From positions 1 through 64,000 of the forward strand of contig CAWGYD010000004.1 of NCBI GenBank assembly GCA_963826785.1: DNA of 64,000 nucleotides, written 5' to 3'. Positions 19,818 through 29,423 of the stretch are shown here, piece after piece (the stretch's first letter is position 1; every line of letters starts with the position of its first letter). Made by a program: the position numbers and the translations under genes. The notes beneath the pieces are model-generated. The model did no database searches. It saw only the letters and a program-made list of their open reading frames with translations, and was not told the DNA's origin. This DNA is from an uncultured delta proteobacterium. Lineage in GTDB: Bacteria; Desulfobacterota; Desulfobacteria; Desulfobacterales; Desulfosalsimonadaceae.

Positions 19818-20389
19818 CCGGATGCCCTCTTTTTTTCGACTTGCATTTTTTCATCTGGATTTTGGATTTCATTCTCCAGGATCTCTGCCCTGGCATGGGA
19901 GAGCCATTCCAGGAACATTTCATTGAGTCTGACGCCCAAGTCCCCCGTCAGCCTGACATAGGTTCCGCTCTTCTCCCATCTGGCCAGATTCTGTTTCCGC
20001 CGCTTCAGGCTTTTTTCATAACAGGCGATCTGTTCGTCGATGATGCGCAGGGAATCTTCGGGGTTGCCGAACCCGAAAAATACAAAGCGCATGAGAAAGG
20101 GGTCGCGAAGGAGCATGGCTTTTTCAGGCGATTTCTGCAGCCAGCGCTGAAATTCTTTCCTGCCTTTATCGGTGACGGAATAGAGTTTTCGCGGGGGGCC
20201 CTTCCGGTCGTTCTGAATGATTTCGGTCATGCGGATCAGGCCGCTCTCCTGGAGCTTTTTCAGGTTGGGATAGATCTGGCCGTAATTGATGGACCACATG
20301 TGTCCGAAGTTCTGTTCGATATGGGCTTTGATGCGGTATCCGTGCATGTCCTTGTACTGCAGCAGGCCGAGAATGGCATATTTGATCAC
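19814..20389 (-). CDS. PadR-family transcriptional regulator (AphA-like C-terminus)
   Basis: KYAILGLL...HGYRIK...W..NYGQIYPNLKKL...RKLYSVTDKGR; GTG start with SD GGAG; stop overlaps the next ATG. Confidence 0.92.
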   Translation of the reverse strand: MIKYAILGLLQYKDMHGYRIKAHIEQNFGHMWSINYGQIYPNLKKLQESGLIRMTEIIQNDRKGPPRKLYSVTDKGRKEFQRWLQKSPEKAMLLRDPFLMRFVFFGFGNPEDSLRIIDEQIACYEKSLKRRKQNLARWEKSGTYVRLTGDLGVRLNEMFLEWLSHARAEILENEIQNPDEKMQVEKKRASG

Positions 20390-20535
20390 AGGGCGTCTCC
20401 TTTGCGTTAATATATAAAAAATATATATACAGATTATATAATAGGTCAAGAAAAAAAATGCCCTTTCGCAAACGGGGCGCAGAGGCGTTCTTTTCCCGTC
20501 TTCAGGATGCCCAATCAGGGATCGACAGAAAAAAT

Positions 20536-20570
20536 TTGACATTCAAACAATTGTTTCATACAAACGTTTA
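20536..20570 (+). promoter_or_regulatory. Promoter and palindromic TetR-type operator upstream of the tetR-efflux operon
   Basis: TTGACA at 20536-20541; perfect palindrome AAACAATTGTTT at 20545-20556; second half-site-like AAACGTTT just downstream. Confidence 0.55.
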
Positions 20571-20608
20571 AGTCAATTTGAAAACGTCAGGCCAAAGAAA
20601 GGCATGTC

Positions 20609-21283
20609 ATGAACAAAGCCCCCTCTTCACATGTTGATGTTCCGGACAACACCCGGGACCGGATCCTGGATCAGGCGGAAATCCTGTTTGCCGAAAAAGG
20701 ATTCAACACTGTCAGCATCCGTGAAATCACTACTGCGGCCAGCTGCAATCTGGCGGCGGTCAATTACCACTTCGGCAACAAGCTAAACCTGTATATGGAC
20801 GTATTCCGGGAGCGGTGGCTCCCCCGGGCCAGGGGCGTCCAGAAGGCTTTTGCCGACACGCTTTCCCGGCAGGAGTCACCGTCCATACAGGATATCATTT
20901 CCGCCATGGCCGGGGCGTTTCTTTCCGGCCCCATGACGGATGTGGATCGCCGGCACCATGTGCAGCTGATGCAGCGGGAGCTGAGCAATCCCACCGAGGC
21001 GCTCAACCTGGTGATCGGGGAGGTGATCGAGCCGTTTAACATTCAGCTGCACCAGCTGATCGAGCCTCACCTGCTTCCCGGAGTCGATAAGAAGCGGCTC
21101 ACCCTGTTCATACTGAGCGTGATCGGCATGACGCTCTATTTCAGTTTTGCCCGGCCGGTGGTCACCCACCTGACCGGCTGTACCTATGATGATGCGTTTA
21201 AAAAGCAGCTGGTCAGCCATATCGCCCTGTTTTCCATGGACGGCATTCACGCCATCGCCCGGGAGGGAAAACTGCCATGCTGA
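20609..21283 (+). CDS. TetR-family regulator (CerR/YbiH-type C-terminus)
   Basis: TRDRILDQAEILFAEKGFNTVSIREITTAASCNLAAVNYHFGNK. Confidence 0.92.
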   Translation: MNKAPSSHVDVPDNTRDRILDQAEILFAEKGFNTVSIREITTAASCNLAAVNYHFGNKLNLYMDVFRERWLPRARGVQKAFADTLSRQESPSIQDIISAMAGAFLSGPMTDVDRRHHVQLMQRELSNPTEALNLVIGEVIEPFNIQLHQLIEPHLLPGVDKKRLTLFILSVIGMTLYFSFARPVVTHLTGCTYDDAFKKQLVSHIALFSMDGIHAIAREGKLPC

Positions 21284-22743
21284 CCGGGCGGAAAAAAATG
21301 CTCATCCTGTGCGGTTTTCTGCTGCTGACCGCCGGCTGCATGAAAATGGGGCCGGATTTTTCCCCGCCGGCCCCGCCGGCCGAACCGCCCCCGGCCTACC
21401 TGGAAGCCGGGGGCGTGACCTCCCCCTATGTCCCGCCCGATCGATGGTGGCGTCAATTCGGCGATGAACGGCTCGATTCAGTGGTGGAAAACGTGGTGGC
21501 CGGCAATCCCGATATCCGGGGGGCGGCGGCCCGGGTGGCAGAAGCCCGCTCTGCGCTGACCATCACCAATGCGGACCGGTATCCGGCCCTGGACGCACGG
21601 ATTCAGTATGGCCGGTCCCGACAATCGGTGGTCAATCCCGTGAGCGGCGGCCGGGAATCGGTGAACACGGAGGCCTACGGCCTTTCGTTGCCCGCCTCCT
21701 TCGAGCTGGACCTGTGGGGCCGCCTGGCCCGGGCAACGGAGGCGGCCCGGGCGGATCTGCTGGCATCCGAGGAAAATCGGCGCACCGTGATGCAGTCCCT
21801 GATTGCAGAAGCCGTGATCCAGTATCTGAATATCGCATCCATCGAGCGGCGCATCGCGGTGAACCAGCAAAGCGTTGAGTCCTATCAGCGCAGCCTTGAT
21901 CTGGTGGGAGCGCGCTACCGGCGGGGGTTGGCCTCGGTGCTCGATGTCCGTCAGGCCCGCCGCATCCTGGCCCAGGCCAAAGCGCAGCTGCCCGGGCTGG
22001 TGGAGGCGGCCGGCCGCGCCCGCCAGTCCCTGGCGGTGCTGCAGGGCCGGTATCCCATCAGCAATGCGCCCCGGATCGATGTGTCCGACCCGTTCCAGCT
22101 GCCGCCCCCGGTTCCCGCCGGTCTTCCTTCCGAACTGCTGGTCCGCCGGCCGGATATCCTGGCGGCCGAAGCCAAACTGGCAGCAGCCGGCGCCCGCATC
22201 GGCGTGGCCAAAGCCAGCCGGTTCCCCCGGATCAGCCTCACCGGCAGCTTCGGTTACACCAGCGATGCGCTCAACACCTTGTTCGATCCTGCAAGCGAGC
22301 TGTGGAGCCTGGCCTTCGGCGGCCTTCAGCCGGTGTTTGACGCCGGCCGTCTGGCGGCCAATCAGCGGGGTGCGGAAGCCCGTTACGCCCAGACCCGGGC
22401 CGAGTATGCCAAGGTGGTGTTAAACGCCTTTGCCGAAGTGGAAGGGGCGCTTCTGACCCGTCAGCAGCAGGTGGAGCACCGGTCCCGGCTGCTTTTGCTG
22501 CTGGATGAGTCGAATGCCACCCTGGATGCCGCCCAGAACCGCTATGAGCGGGGGCTGGTGGATTACCTGGCGGTGCTGGATGCCCAGCAGTCCGTATATG
22601 CGGCCAAACTGGTCCTGATAGAGACCGAATACACCCTGCTGGCCAACCGGGCCCGGCTTTACCGGGCCCTGGGGGGCGGCTGGGAGAAAACAATGGCCGC
22701 AGCAGACGATAAACCCTCCATCGATAACGGAAAAGATTCATGA
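21277..22743 (+). CDS. Outer-membrane efflux lipoprotein (NodT/OprM family)
   Basis: Lipobox LTAGC, WWRQFGD, SFELDLWGR, LPSELLVRRPDI..AE, LYRALGGGW. Confidence 0.95.
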   Translation: MLTGRKKMLILCGFLLLTAGCMKMGPDFSPPAPPAEPPPAYLEAGGVTSPYVPPDRWWRQFGDERLDSVVENVVAGNPDIRGAAARVAEARSALTITNADRYPALDARIQYGRSRQSVVNPVSGGRESVNTEAYGLSLPASFELDLWGRLARATEAARADLLASEENRRTVMQSLIAEAVIQYLNIASIERRIAVNQQSVESYQRSLDLVGARYRRGLASVLDVRQARRILAQAKAQLPGLVEAAGRARQSLAVLQGRYPISNAPRIDVSDPFQLPPPVPAGLPSELLVRRPDILAAEAKLAAAGARIGVAKASRFPRISLTGSFGYTSDALNTLFDPASELWSLAFGGLQPVFDAGRLAANQRGAEARYAQTRAEYAKVVLNAFAEVEGALLTRQQQVEHRSRLLLLLDESNATLDAAQNRYERGLVDYLAVLDAQQSVYAAKLVLIETEYTLLANRARLYRALGGGWEKTMAAADDKPSIDNGKDS

Positions 22744-23924
22744 AAAAGACGTATCGCAACCTGATTCAGGTCTGTTTGACCCTGGTGATCATCGTCGCCG
22801 GCATATCCGGATTTAAGATGCTCAAATCCAGCCGGGAAGCCCTGGGCCGGCAGGAGCAGGAGGTGCCGCTTCCCATTGTCCGTTCGGTACCGGTTGCTAT
22901 CAAACCCGTTGAAATGACCATCAGTGGACAGGGGACCGTGCAGCCCCTTCAGGAAATTCAGGTGGTGCCGGAAGTGAGCGGAAAGGTCCTGGCCATATCC
23001 AAAAACCTGGTCAACGGCGGCACCTTCACCAAAGGGGAGGTCCTGCTTCAGATCGATCCGGCGGATTACGAAATCGCGCTCACCCTGGCCGAAGCCCGGG
23101 TCAAGGATGCGGAAAGCAAATACCGGCTGGCGGTGGAGGATGCCGCTGCCGGCGCGGATGAATGGCAATCGCTTCACCCGGGAACCGATCCGCCGCCGCT
23201 GGTGGCCAAGGCCCCCCAGCTGGCCGCCGCACAGGCACAGCTCGAGGCGGAACGGGCCAGCCTGAAAAAAGCGCAGCTTCAACTCCAGCGCACCCGGCTC
23301 ATCGCCCCTTTCGACGGGCGGGTGGAAGAAGAAAAGGTGGATGCCGGCCAGTATGTCACCCCCGGCCAGGCCCTGGCGACGGTTTATTCCATCGATGCGG
23401 CGGAAATCATTGTACCCGTTCAGGATCAGGATCTGTACTGGTTTGACGCCCCGGGGTTCACGGCCGGTGGCAGAGGCGGCGCCGAGGTCACCGTGAGCGC
23501 AAGGGTGGCAGGCGTGCTGTGCACATGGCCCGGCCGGATCGTCCGGGTGGAGGGCCGCATCGATGAACAGACCCGCATGCACCAGGTGGTGGTCCGGGTG
23601 GACCACCCCTATGCCACCCAGCCGCCCTTGTCCGTGGGGCAGTTTGCCGGCGTGGACATCCGCGGCCGGGGGCTTCCGCAAGCGGCCCTGATCCCGCGAT
23701 CGGCCCTGCGCGATGGCAATACGGTATGGGTGTATGTACCGGAAGAGGAACGGCTTCGCTTCCGGTCGGTGGACGTGGCGCGGACCGATTTCAGGGGGGT
23801 GGTGATCAAAGGCGGACTGTCCGGAGGCGAACAGGTGGTGGTTTCCCGTTTGAAGGCGGCCACCGACGGCATGAAGGTCCGGTCCGTCTCCATGGATCCG
23901 GAAGAGACGGGAGAACCGATATGA
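22740..23924 (+). CDS. RND efflux membrane-fusion (periplasmic adaptor) protein
   Basis: N-terminal TM, GTVQP...PEVSGKV, LQIDPADY, RTRLIAPFDG. Confidence 0.93.
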   Translation: MKKTYRNLIQVCLTLVIIVAGISGFKMLKSSREALGRQEQEVPLPIVRSVPVAIKPVEMTISGQGTVQPLQEIQVVPEVSGKVLAISKNLVNGGTFTKGEVLLQIDPADYEIALTLAEARVKDAESKYRLAVEDAAAGADEWQSLHPGTDPPPLVAKAPQLAAAQAQLEAERASLKKAQLQLQRTRLIAPFDGRVEEEKVDAGQYVTPGQALATVYSIDAAEIIVPVQDQDLYWFDAPGFTAGGRGGAEVTVSARVAGVLCTWPGRIVRVEGRIDEQTRMHQVVVRVDHPYATQPPLSVGQFAGVDIRGRGLPQAALIPRSALRDGNTVWVYVPEEERLRFRSVDVARTDFRGVVIKGGLSGGEQVVVSRLKAATDGMKVRSVSMDPEETGEPI

Positions 23925-26900
23925 AAGGTGCCGTCGCCTGGTTTGCGGACAATCATGTGGCCGCCAACCTGCTGATGCTCTTTGTGCTGGGGGCCGGGAT
24001 ACTGACCGCCATAGGGATCAAACTGGAGGTCTTCCCCGAGACGACCCTGGATGTGATCACCATTACCGTCGAGTACCCCGGGGCCTCGCCGGCCGAGGTG
24101 GAGGAGGGGGTGGTCCGGCGGATCGAGGAGAAGATCGCGGGCTTGACCGGCATCGAGCGGATCGATTCCGCCGCCCGGGAAGGCATGGGGACCATCAATG
24201 TCGAGGTGATGAAGGGATGGGACATCAAGAAGCTCCTGGATGAAGTCAAATCCGAAGTGGACCGGATCACCACCCTTCCCGATGAAGCCGAGGAACCGGT
24301 GGTGCGGGAGGTCACCCGCCAGTCCCAGGTGGTGAGTATCGCCGTTTACGGCGATGCATCGGAAGGGGCCATCAAGCACATGGCGGAAAAGATCAAGGAT
24401 GATCTCACCAATCTGCCCGGCATCACCCTGGCCGATGTGGCCGCCGTCCGCAGCAGTGAAATCCACGTGGAGATCCCGGAAGAAACCCTGCGCAAGTACG
24501 GGCTCACCCTGGGCCAGGTGGCGGACCTCATCACGAAAAACAGCCTGGACCTGCCCGCCGGCCGAATCCGGTCGGAAAACGGGGAGGTGCTGATCCGGAC
24601 CAAGGGGAGGCGCTATTATGCCGCCGATTACGCCAACATCCCGGTGATCACCCATGCCTCGGGCGCCGTGGTCACCCTGGGGGACATCGCGGACCTGAAG
24701 GAAGGGTTTGCCGATGTGGACCTGTTTGCCGGATTCCAGGGCAAACCGGCCGCCATGATCAACGTGTATCGGGTGGCGGACCAGAATGCCTTGAAAGTGG
24801 CGGGTGCGGTCAAGCAGTACCTCAAGGAGATCCGGCCGGGCCTTCCACAGGGCATCGATGTCGAATACTACAATGATTTTTCGAAGATTTTAAAAAGCCG
24901 CATCAACCTGCTGAGCCGCAACATGATCTACGGCCTGATGCTGGTGAGTCTCATGCTGGGGGTGTTTTTAAATGTCCGTCTGGCCTTCTGGGTCACCCTG
25001 GGCATCCCCATCAGTTTTGCCGCCGGCCTTCTCCTGCTGCCGCAGTTTGATGTGTCCATCAACATGATTTCCCTTTTTGCCTTCATCATGGTGCTCGGCA
25101 TTGTGGTGGACGACGCCATCGTGGTGGGGGAAAACGTGTTCAGCAAACAGGAGGAGGGAATTGCGCCCCTGCGGGCCGCCATCGACGGCACTGTCGAAGT
25201 GGGGCGCCCGGTCATATTTTCCGTGCTCACCACCATGGTGGCCTTCTGGCCGCTGCTCCTGGCCGGCGGCATGATGGGCAAGCTGATGCGCAACATCCCC
25301 ATCGTGGTGATTGCGGTCCTGTTCGGGTCCCTGCTGGAATCGCTGTTCGTGCTGCCCGCGCACCTGGCCCGGAGCCGGGCCGCGGCCGTGAGCGCAAGCC
25401 ACAGGGAAAAATTCATGGTCCGGGCGCTGGCCTGGGTGATCCGCAAACCCTATGCGGCCCTGGTGTCGTTCTGCGTACGGTGGCGGTATGTGACTCTGGC
25501 AGCGGGCCTTGCCGTGCTGATGATGACCATGGGACTGTGGTCTTCGGGCCGGATCAAGTTCACCTTCTTCCCCAAGGTGGAAGGGGACGTGCTCCAGTGC
25601 CTGATCACCATGCCCGCCGGGACGCCGGTGGAGCGAACCCGGGAAGTGGTGGACCGGATCGAGGCGGCGGCCAAGCAGGTGATCGCGGCCCGGGAAAAGA
25701 AACGGCCGTCGGATGCAGCCCCCCTGATGGAATACAGCGCCTCGCTGATCGGCAGCCAGTTCGGCCGGCACGGCGCCTCCGGTGAAGCCGGCGGCCACCT
25801 GGGCCAGGTCTGGGTGCAGCTGCTTGACGGTGAGGTCCGGGATGTAAGCTCCGCGAAATTGAACGATCAATGGCGTGAGGCCGTGGGCGAAATCGGAGAC
25901 GCGGAATCCCTGACGTTTTCCAGTGAAATTCACAGCGCGGGCACCCCGGTGGAGGTCCATCTCTCCCTGGACGATCACGAACACCTGCTGGCCGCGGCCG
26001 ATGCGTTAAAGGAGGAACTGGAAGGATTTGCCGGCGTGTTCGACATCCGGGACAGCTATCTGCCCGGAAAAATGGAGATGCAGCTGATGCTCAAACCGTC
26101 TGCGGAAAACCTGGGGCTGACTTTAAACGATCTGGCCCGGCAGGTGCGCCATGCCTTTTACGGTGCCGAGGCCCTTCGATTCCAGCGGGACAAGGACGAG
26201 GTCAAGGTGCTGGTGCGCTACCCGGAAGATGAGCGAAAATCGATCCACAATGCGGAGGAAATGCGCATCCGGACCGCATCGGGGGCCGAAGTTCCGTTTA
26301 GCACGGTGGCCGACATCCACATGAGCCAGGGATATGCCACCATCGAACGGGCCCAGCGGCTGCGGGTGATCAAGGTCATGGCCGACGTGAATGAAAACGC
26401 GGCCAACGCCAATGAAATCCGGACCGACCTGGAAGCCCGGGTGCTGCCCGCGCTCCAGAACCGGTTTCCGGGGCTGCGCTATGCCATGGAAGGCGAAGGC
26501 AAGGAACAGAAGGAATCGCTGGCCGATGTGTTCAAGGGGTTTCTCATCGCCCTTTTTGCCATTTACGTGCTGCTGGCCATCCCCTTTAAATCCTTTTCCC
26601 AGCCGCTGATCGTGATGACCGCCATCCCGTTTGGAATCGTGGGGGCGGTGCTGGGGCACCTGATCATGGGATTTAACTTAAGCATCGTCTCCATCTTCGG
26701 GATCGTGGGGCTCTCCGGCGTGGTGGTTAATGACTCCCTGGTGCTCATCGACCGGATCAACCGGCTCCGGGCGGAGGGATACAGCGCCCGTGACGCCGTG
26801 CTGCAGGGGGGGAAGCTCCGGTTCCGAGCCATCATCCTCACCTCCCTGACCACCTTTGCGGGGCTGACCCCCATGCTCATGGAAAAGAGCCTCCAGGCCC

Positions 26901-27094
26901 GGTTCCTGGTGCCCATGGCGGTCAGCCTGGGCTTCGGGGTGATGTTTGCCACCCTGATCACGTTGCTGCTGATTCCCTGCGGGTATATGGTTTTAGAGGA
27001 CATCCACAATCTGTTCGGTAAATTAAAATTCACCGGTGCTGCGGAAAAGGAAGAACCCATTGCCGCGGAACCGGATGCATACAGGAAATCGTAA
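23921..27094 (+). CDS. RND efflux permease (AcrB/AcrD/AcrF family)
   Basis: NHVAANLLM, GIVVDDAIVVGEN, GVVVNDSLVL, RFRAIILTSLTTFAGLTP. Confidence 0.95.
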   Translation: MKGAVAWFADNHVAANLLMLFVLGAGILTAIGIKLEVFPETTLDVITITVEYPGASPAEVEEGVVRRIEEKIAGLTGIERIDSAAREGMGTINVEVMKGWDIKKLLDEVKSEVDRITTLPDEAEEPVVREVTRQSQVVSIAVYGDASEGAIKHMAEKIKDDLTNLPGITLADVAAVRSSEIHVEIPEETLRKYGLTLGQVADLITKNSLDLPAGRIRSENGEVLIRTKGRRYYAADYANIPVITHASGAVVTLGDIADLKEGFADVDLFAGFQGKPAAMINVYRVADQNALKVAGAVKQYLKEIRPGLPQGIDVEYYNDFSKILKSRINLLSRNMIYGLMLVSLMLGVFLNVRLAFWVTLGIPISFAAGLLLLPQFDVSINMISLFAFIMVLGIVVDDAIVVGENVFSKQEEGIAPLRAAIDGTVEVGRPVIFSVLTTMVAFWPLLLAGGMMGKLMRNIPIVVIAVLFGSLLESLFVLPAHLARSRAAAVSASHREKFMVRALAWVIRKPYAALVSFCVRWRYVTLAAGLAVLMMTMGLWSSGRIKFTFFPKVEGDVLQCLITMPAGTPVERTREVVDRIEAAAKQVIAAREKKRPSDAAPLMEYSASLIGSQFGRHGASGEAGGHLGQVWVQLLDGEVRDVSSAKLNDQWREAVGEIGDAESLTFSSEIHSAGTPVEVHLSLDDHEHLLAAADALKEELEGFAGVFDIRDSYLPGKMEMQLMLKPSAENLGLTLNDLARQVRHAFYGAEALRFQRDKDEVKVLVRYPEDERKSIHNAEEMRIRTASGAEVPFSTVADIHMSQGYATIERAQRLRVIKVMADVNENAANANEIRTDLEARVLPALQNRFPGLRYAMEGEGKEQKESLADVFKGFLIALFAIYVLLAIPFKSFSQPLIVMTAIPFGIVGAVLGHLIMGFNLSIVSIFGIVGLSGVVVNDSLVLIDRINRLRAEGYSARDAVLQGGKLRFRAIILTSLTTFAGLTPMLMEKSLQARFLVPMAVSLGFGVMFATLITLLLIPCGYMVLEDIHNLFGKLKFTGAAEKEEPIAAEPDAYRKS

Positions 27095-28129
27095 ATGTAT
27101 CTGGCAAAAGATCTGATCAACGGAAAAAAGGTGTATTTTATCCGGGAAAGCATCGAACAAAACGGGGTGCTCTCCAGCCGGACCCTGTTCGAACTGGGGC
27201 CGGACCCGGGCCGCTATATCATCTATCCGGGTGGAACCGCGTTTTACATCCACGGCGACATCCATGACCGGCTCGGCGAATTGGGGGTGGAGCCGGACAA
27301 CGTGGCCCTGGAGCAGGTATTCTGGCCGTTTCTGCACCCGGAGACCCGCCGGGTGATCGAAGGGTTTACCCGCAGAAACGGGCGCAAGGAGTCCATCCGG
27401 GAGCAGAACCGGCGCTGTGAAACCACCCCTTTTCACATGTTCGACATGCGGCGCATCCATTACTTGCGGTTTGCCCAGATCGACCAGACCCGGCTTTCCC
27501 GCGCCCCCCGGAAAATCTACCGGCCGCTGCTGGACAAATCCAGAGACGAGATCGAGCAGTACTTCATGGAACAGGAATCCGTGCTGGACGCCGATGAGAA
27601 AAAGACCTACACCTATGTGATTTTTAACGTGGCCGGCCATTTCCCCGGGGAATTTTCGAAAAAATTCCCCCACGCCCTTGCCCGGGACAAGGTGGACGAA
27701 TATTTCCTGGAAGAGGTCTGCCGCCTGGATGCGGATGCATCATTCTGGACGGGATTGCCCCGATCCGATGCGCTCCCCTCCTACCTGGTGCGTTATGTCT
27801 GCTGGTTTTTCGATCATGAATTTGCCCAGGTCCGGCTCATGGAAAACCTGTTCTCCGAATGGATGGACCGGCACCGGCAGTTTACCCCCCCGCCGCAAAA
27901 ATCCCGGATGGCGGCCGATGAGGCTTCCGAAGTCATGGGCATTCCCGTGGAATCGCTTTCGAACATGACGGTCAAGAATCTCACCCGGCAGTACCGCAAA
28001 ATGGCCAAGCAGCATCACCCGGATCAGGGCGGCGGCCACGACCGCTTCATCAAACTCAGCGAAGCCTACAAGGCCCTGCTGCGAAAGATCCGGGGGGGAA
28101 AGATGCGGTTTTCCACCAGCCGGGGATAG
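27095..28129 (+). CDS. Protein with C-terminal J (DnaJ) domain
   Basis: YRKMAKQHHPDQGG...FIKLSEAY. Confidence 0.8.
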   Translation: MYLAKDLINGKKVYFIRESIEQNGVLSSRTLFELGPDPGRYIIYPGGTAFYIHGDIHDRLGELGVEPDNVALEQVFWPFLHPETRRVIEGFTRRNGRKESIREQNRRCETTPFHMFDMRRIHYLRFAQIDQTRLSRAPRKIYRPLLDKSRDEIEQYFMEQESVLDADEKKTYTYVIFNVAGHFPGEFSKKFPHALARDKVDEYFLEEVCRLDADASFWTGLPRSDALPSYLVRYVCWFFDHEFAQVRLMENLFSEWMDRHRQFTPPPQKSRMAADEASEVMGIPVESLSNMTVKNLTRQYRKMAKQHHPDQGGGHDRFIKLSEAYKALLRKIRGGKMRFSTSRG

Positions 28130-28195
28130 TGCCAGGCAGTATTGATCGATATTCCGTAATCAATAATCAAGCTTTATGCATAAAGGAGACAAATT

Positions 28196-28639
28196 TTGAG
28201 GGCTTACCGTTTCTTTTTGTTAACCTGCTGTCTGTCGATATTGGTTTTATGTCTGGTATCGTGTGAAAAGAAAAAGAAGCAGGGCAAATTGGAGATTACC
28301 GGGCAGGAGTTTGTGATGAGGCAGGACACAGAAAACACCTTTACCATTGATGCAAAGGGGAAAATCAAAAATATTGGTGACGCAGATGTTAAAAATGTAC
28401 TTGTTACCGGTTACTGCAGATCATGCACCGGCGCTTGGGGGGTCGGTCAATGGCAGGCTTCTCCGGACATCGACAGAATGCCTCAGCAAACGGACACCAT
28501 AAACTATATCGTCGCCGGAGATGAAGAGCCATTCAGCTTCACAGAAGTCGCAGACTATTTATTGACAGGCGACCGAACCAAACCGGATTTACCTGAAAAA
28601 CTTGAAGTCGTCATTGTGTCTTTTGAAACCGTTGAATAG
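28196..28639 (+). CDS. Hypothetical lipoprotein with CxxC motif
   Basis: Signal peptide ending LVSC; CRSC; SD AAGGAG. Confidence 0.7.
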   Translation: MRAYRFFLLTCCLSILVLCLVSCEKKKKQGKLEITGQEFVMRQDTENTFTIDAKGKIKNIGDADVKNVLVTGYCRSCTGAWGVGQWQASPDIDRMPQQTDTINYIVAGDEEPFSFTEVADYLLTGDRTKPDLPEKLEVVIVSFETVE

Positions 28640-28722
28640 TGGGTATCGATTTGCAGTCGCATGCTATTTTCAATGGAAGTGTCATCGTGCAGTGACGGCA
28701 TCAGGGAACTGAGGGAATTTAT

Positions 28723-28763
28723 CTTGACGGGTGGCCTGATATTCCTTACCTTAAGTAAGAAAT
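28723..28763 (+). promoter_or_regulatory. vapBC promoter/operator
   Basis: TTGACG at 28723; inverted repeat CTTAC-CTTAA-GTAAG over the -10 region. Confidence 0.55.
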
Positions 28764-28781
28764 ATGGACAGGAGGATCAAG

Positions 28782-29024
28782 ATGGCTACTGCGAAGATTA
28801 CAAGTAAGGGGCAGGTGACTTTGCCGAAATCCGTTCGAGATGCACTGCATCTGCGTTCGGGGGACAAAATCGATTTTGTGTTCACCCGAGACAGAGAAGT
28901 CCTGCTTCGGCCGGTAACCCGTCGGGTTGATGAAATATTCGGAATTCTGCACCGGCCGGGTCAGAAATCGCTATCTGTTGAAGAAATGAATGCGGCCGTC
29001 CGGAAACGATTCGGGGATAAATGA
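28782..29024 (+). CDS. vapB: AbrB/MazE/SpoVT-fold antitoxin (VapB)
   Basis: AKITSKGQVTLPKSVRDALHLRSGD; SD AGGAGG. Confidence 0.9.
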   Translation: MATAKITSKGQVTLPKSVRDALHLRSGDKIDFVFTRDREVLLRPVTRRVDEIFGILHRPGQKSLSVEEMNAAVRKRFGDK

Positions 29025-29419
29025 TTGCGATTGATACCAATATCCTCGTCCGTTTTCTCGCAAAGGATGACCCGGCTCAATCAGATGCGGTTTATCGTTT
29101 GTTCAAGCGGGCGGAGGCAAACCAGGAAGTCCTGCACGTGTCGATACCGGTGTTGATGGAGACGATCTGGGTGCTGGAGTCTGCCTACGGTTTTGAAAGA
29201 AGCGCCATCACTCATGCGTTATCCCAATTGCTGCTGATCCCCATCCTCGATTTTCAAATGTTGCCCGCCATTCATGATTTTTTGAATGCCGCGCAGGAAA
29301 CCGCACCTGACCTTTCCGACCTGCTCATCGCCCATGTTGGAAAAACTGCCGGTTGCGATCACACCCTGACCTTTGATCGAAAAGCCTCACGCTATCCTTT
29401 GTTTAAGCTGTTGAAATAA
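29021..29419 (+). CDS. vapC: PIN-domain toxin (VapC)
   Basis: IAIDTNILVRF...ETIWVL...DLSDLLI...TFDRKA. Confidence 0.92.
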   Translation: MIAIDTNILVRFLAKDDPAQSDAVYRLFKRAEANQEVLHVSIPVLMETIWVLESAYGFERSAITHALSQLLLIPILDFQMLPAIHDFLNAAQETAPDLSDLLIAHVGKTAGCDHTLTFDRKASRYPLFKLLK

Positions 29420-29423
29420 TATT

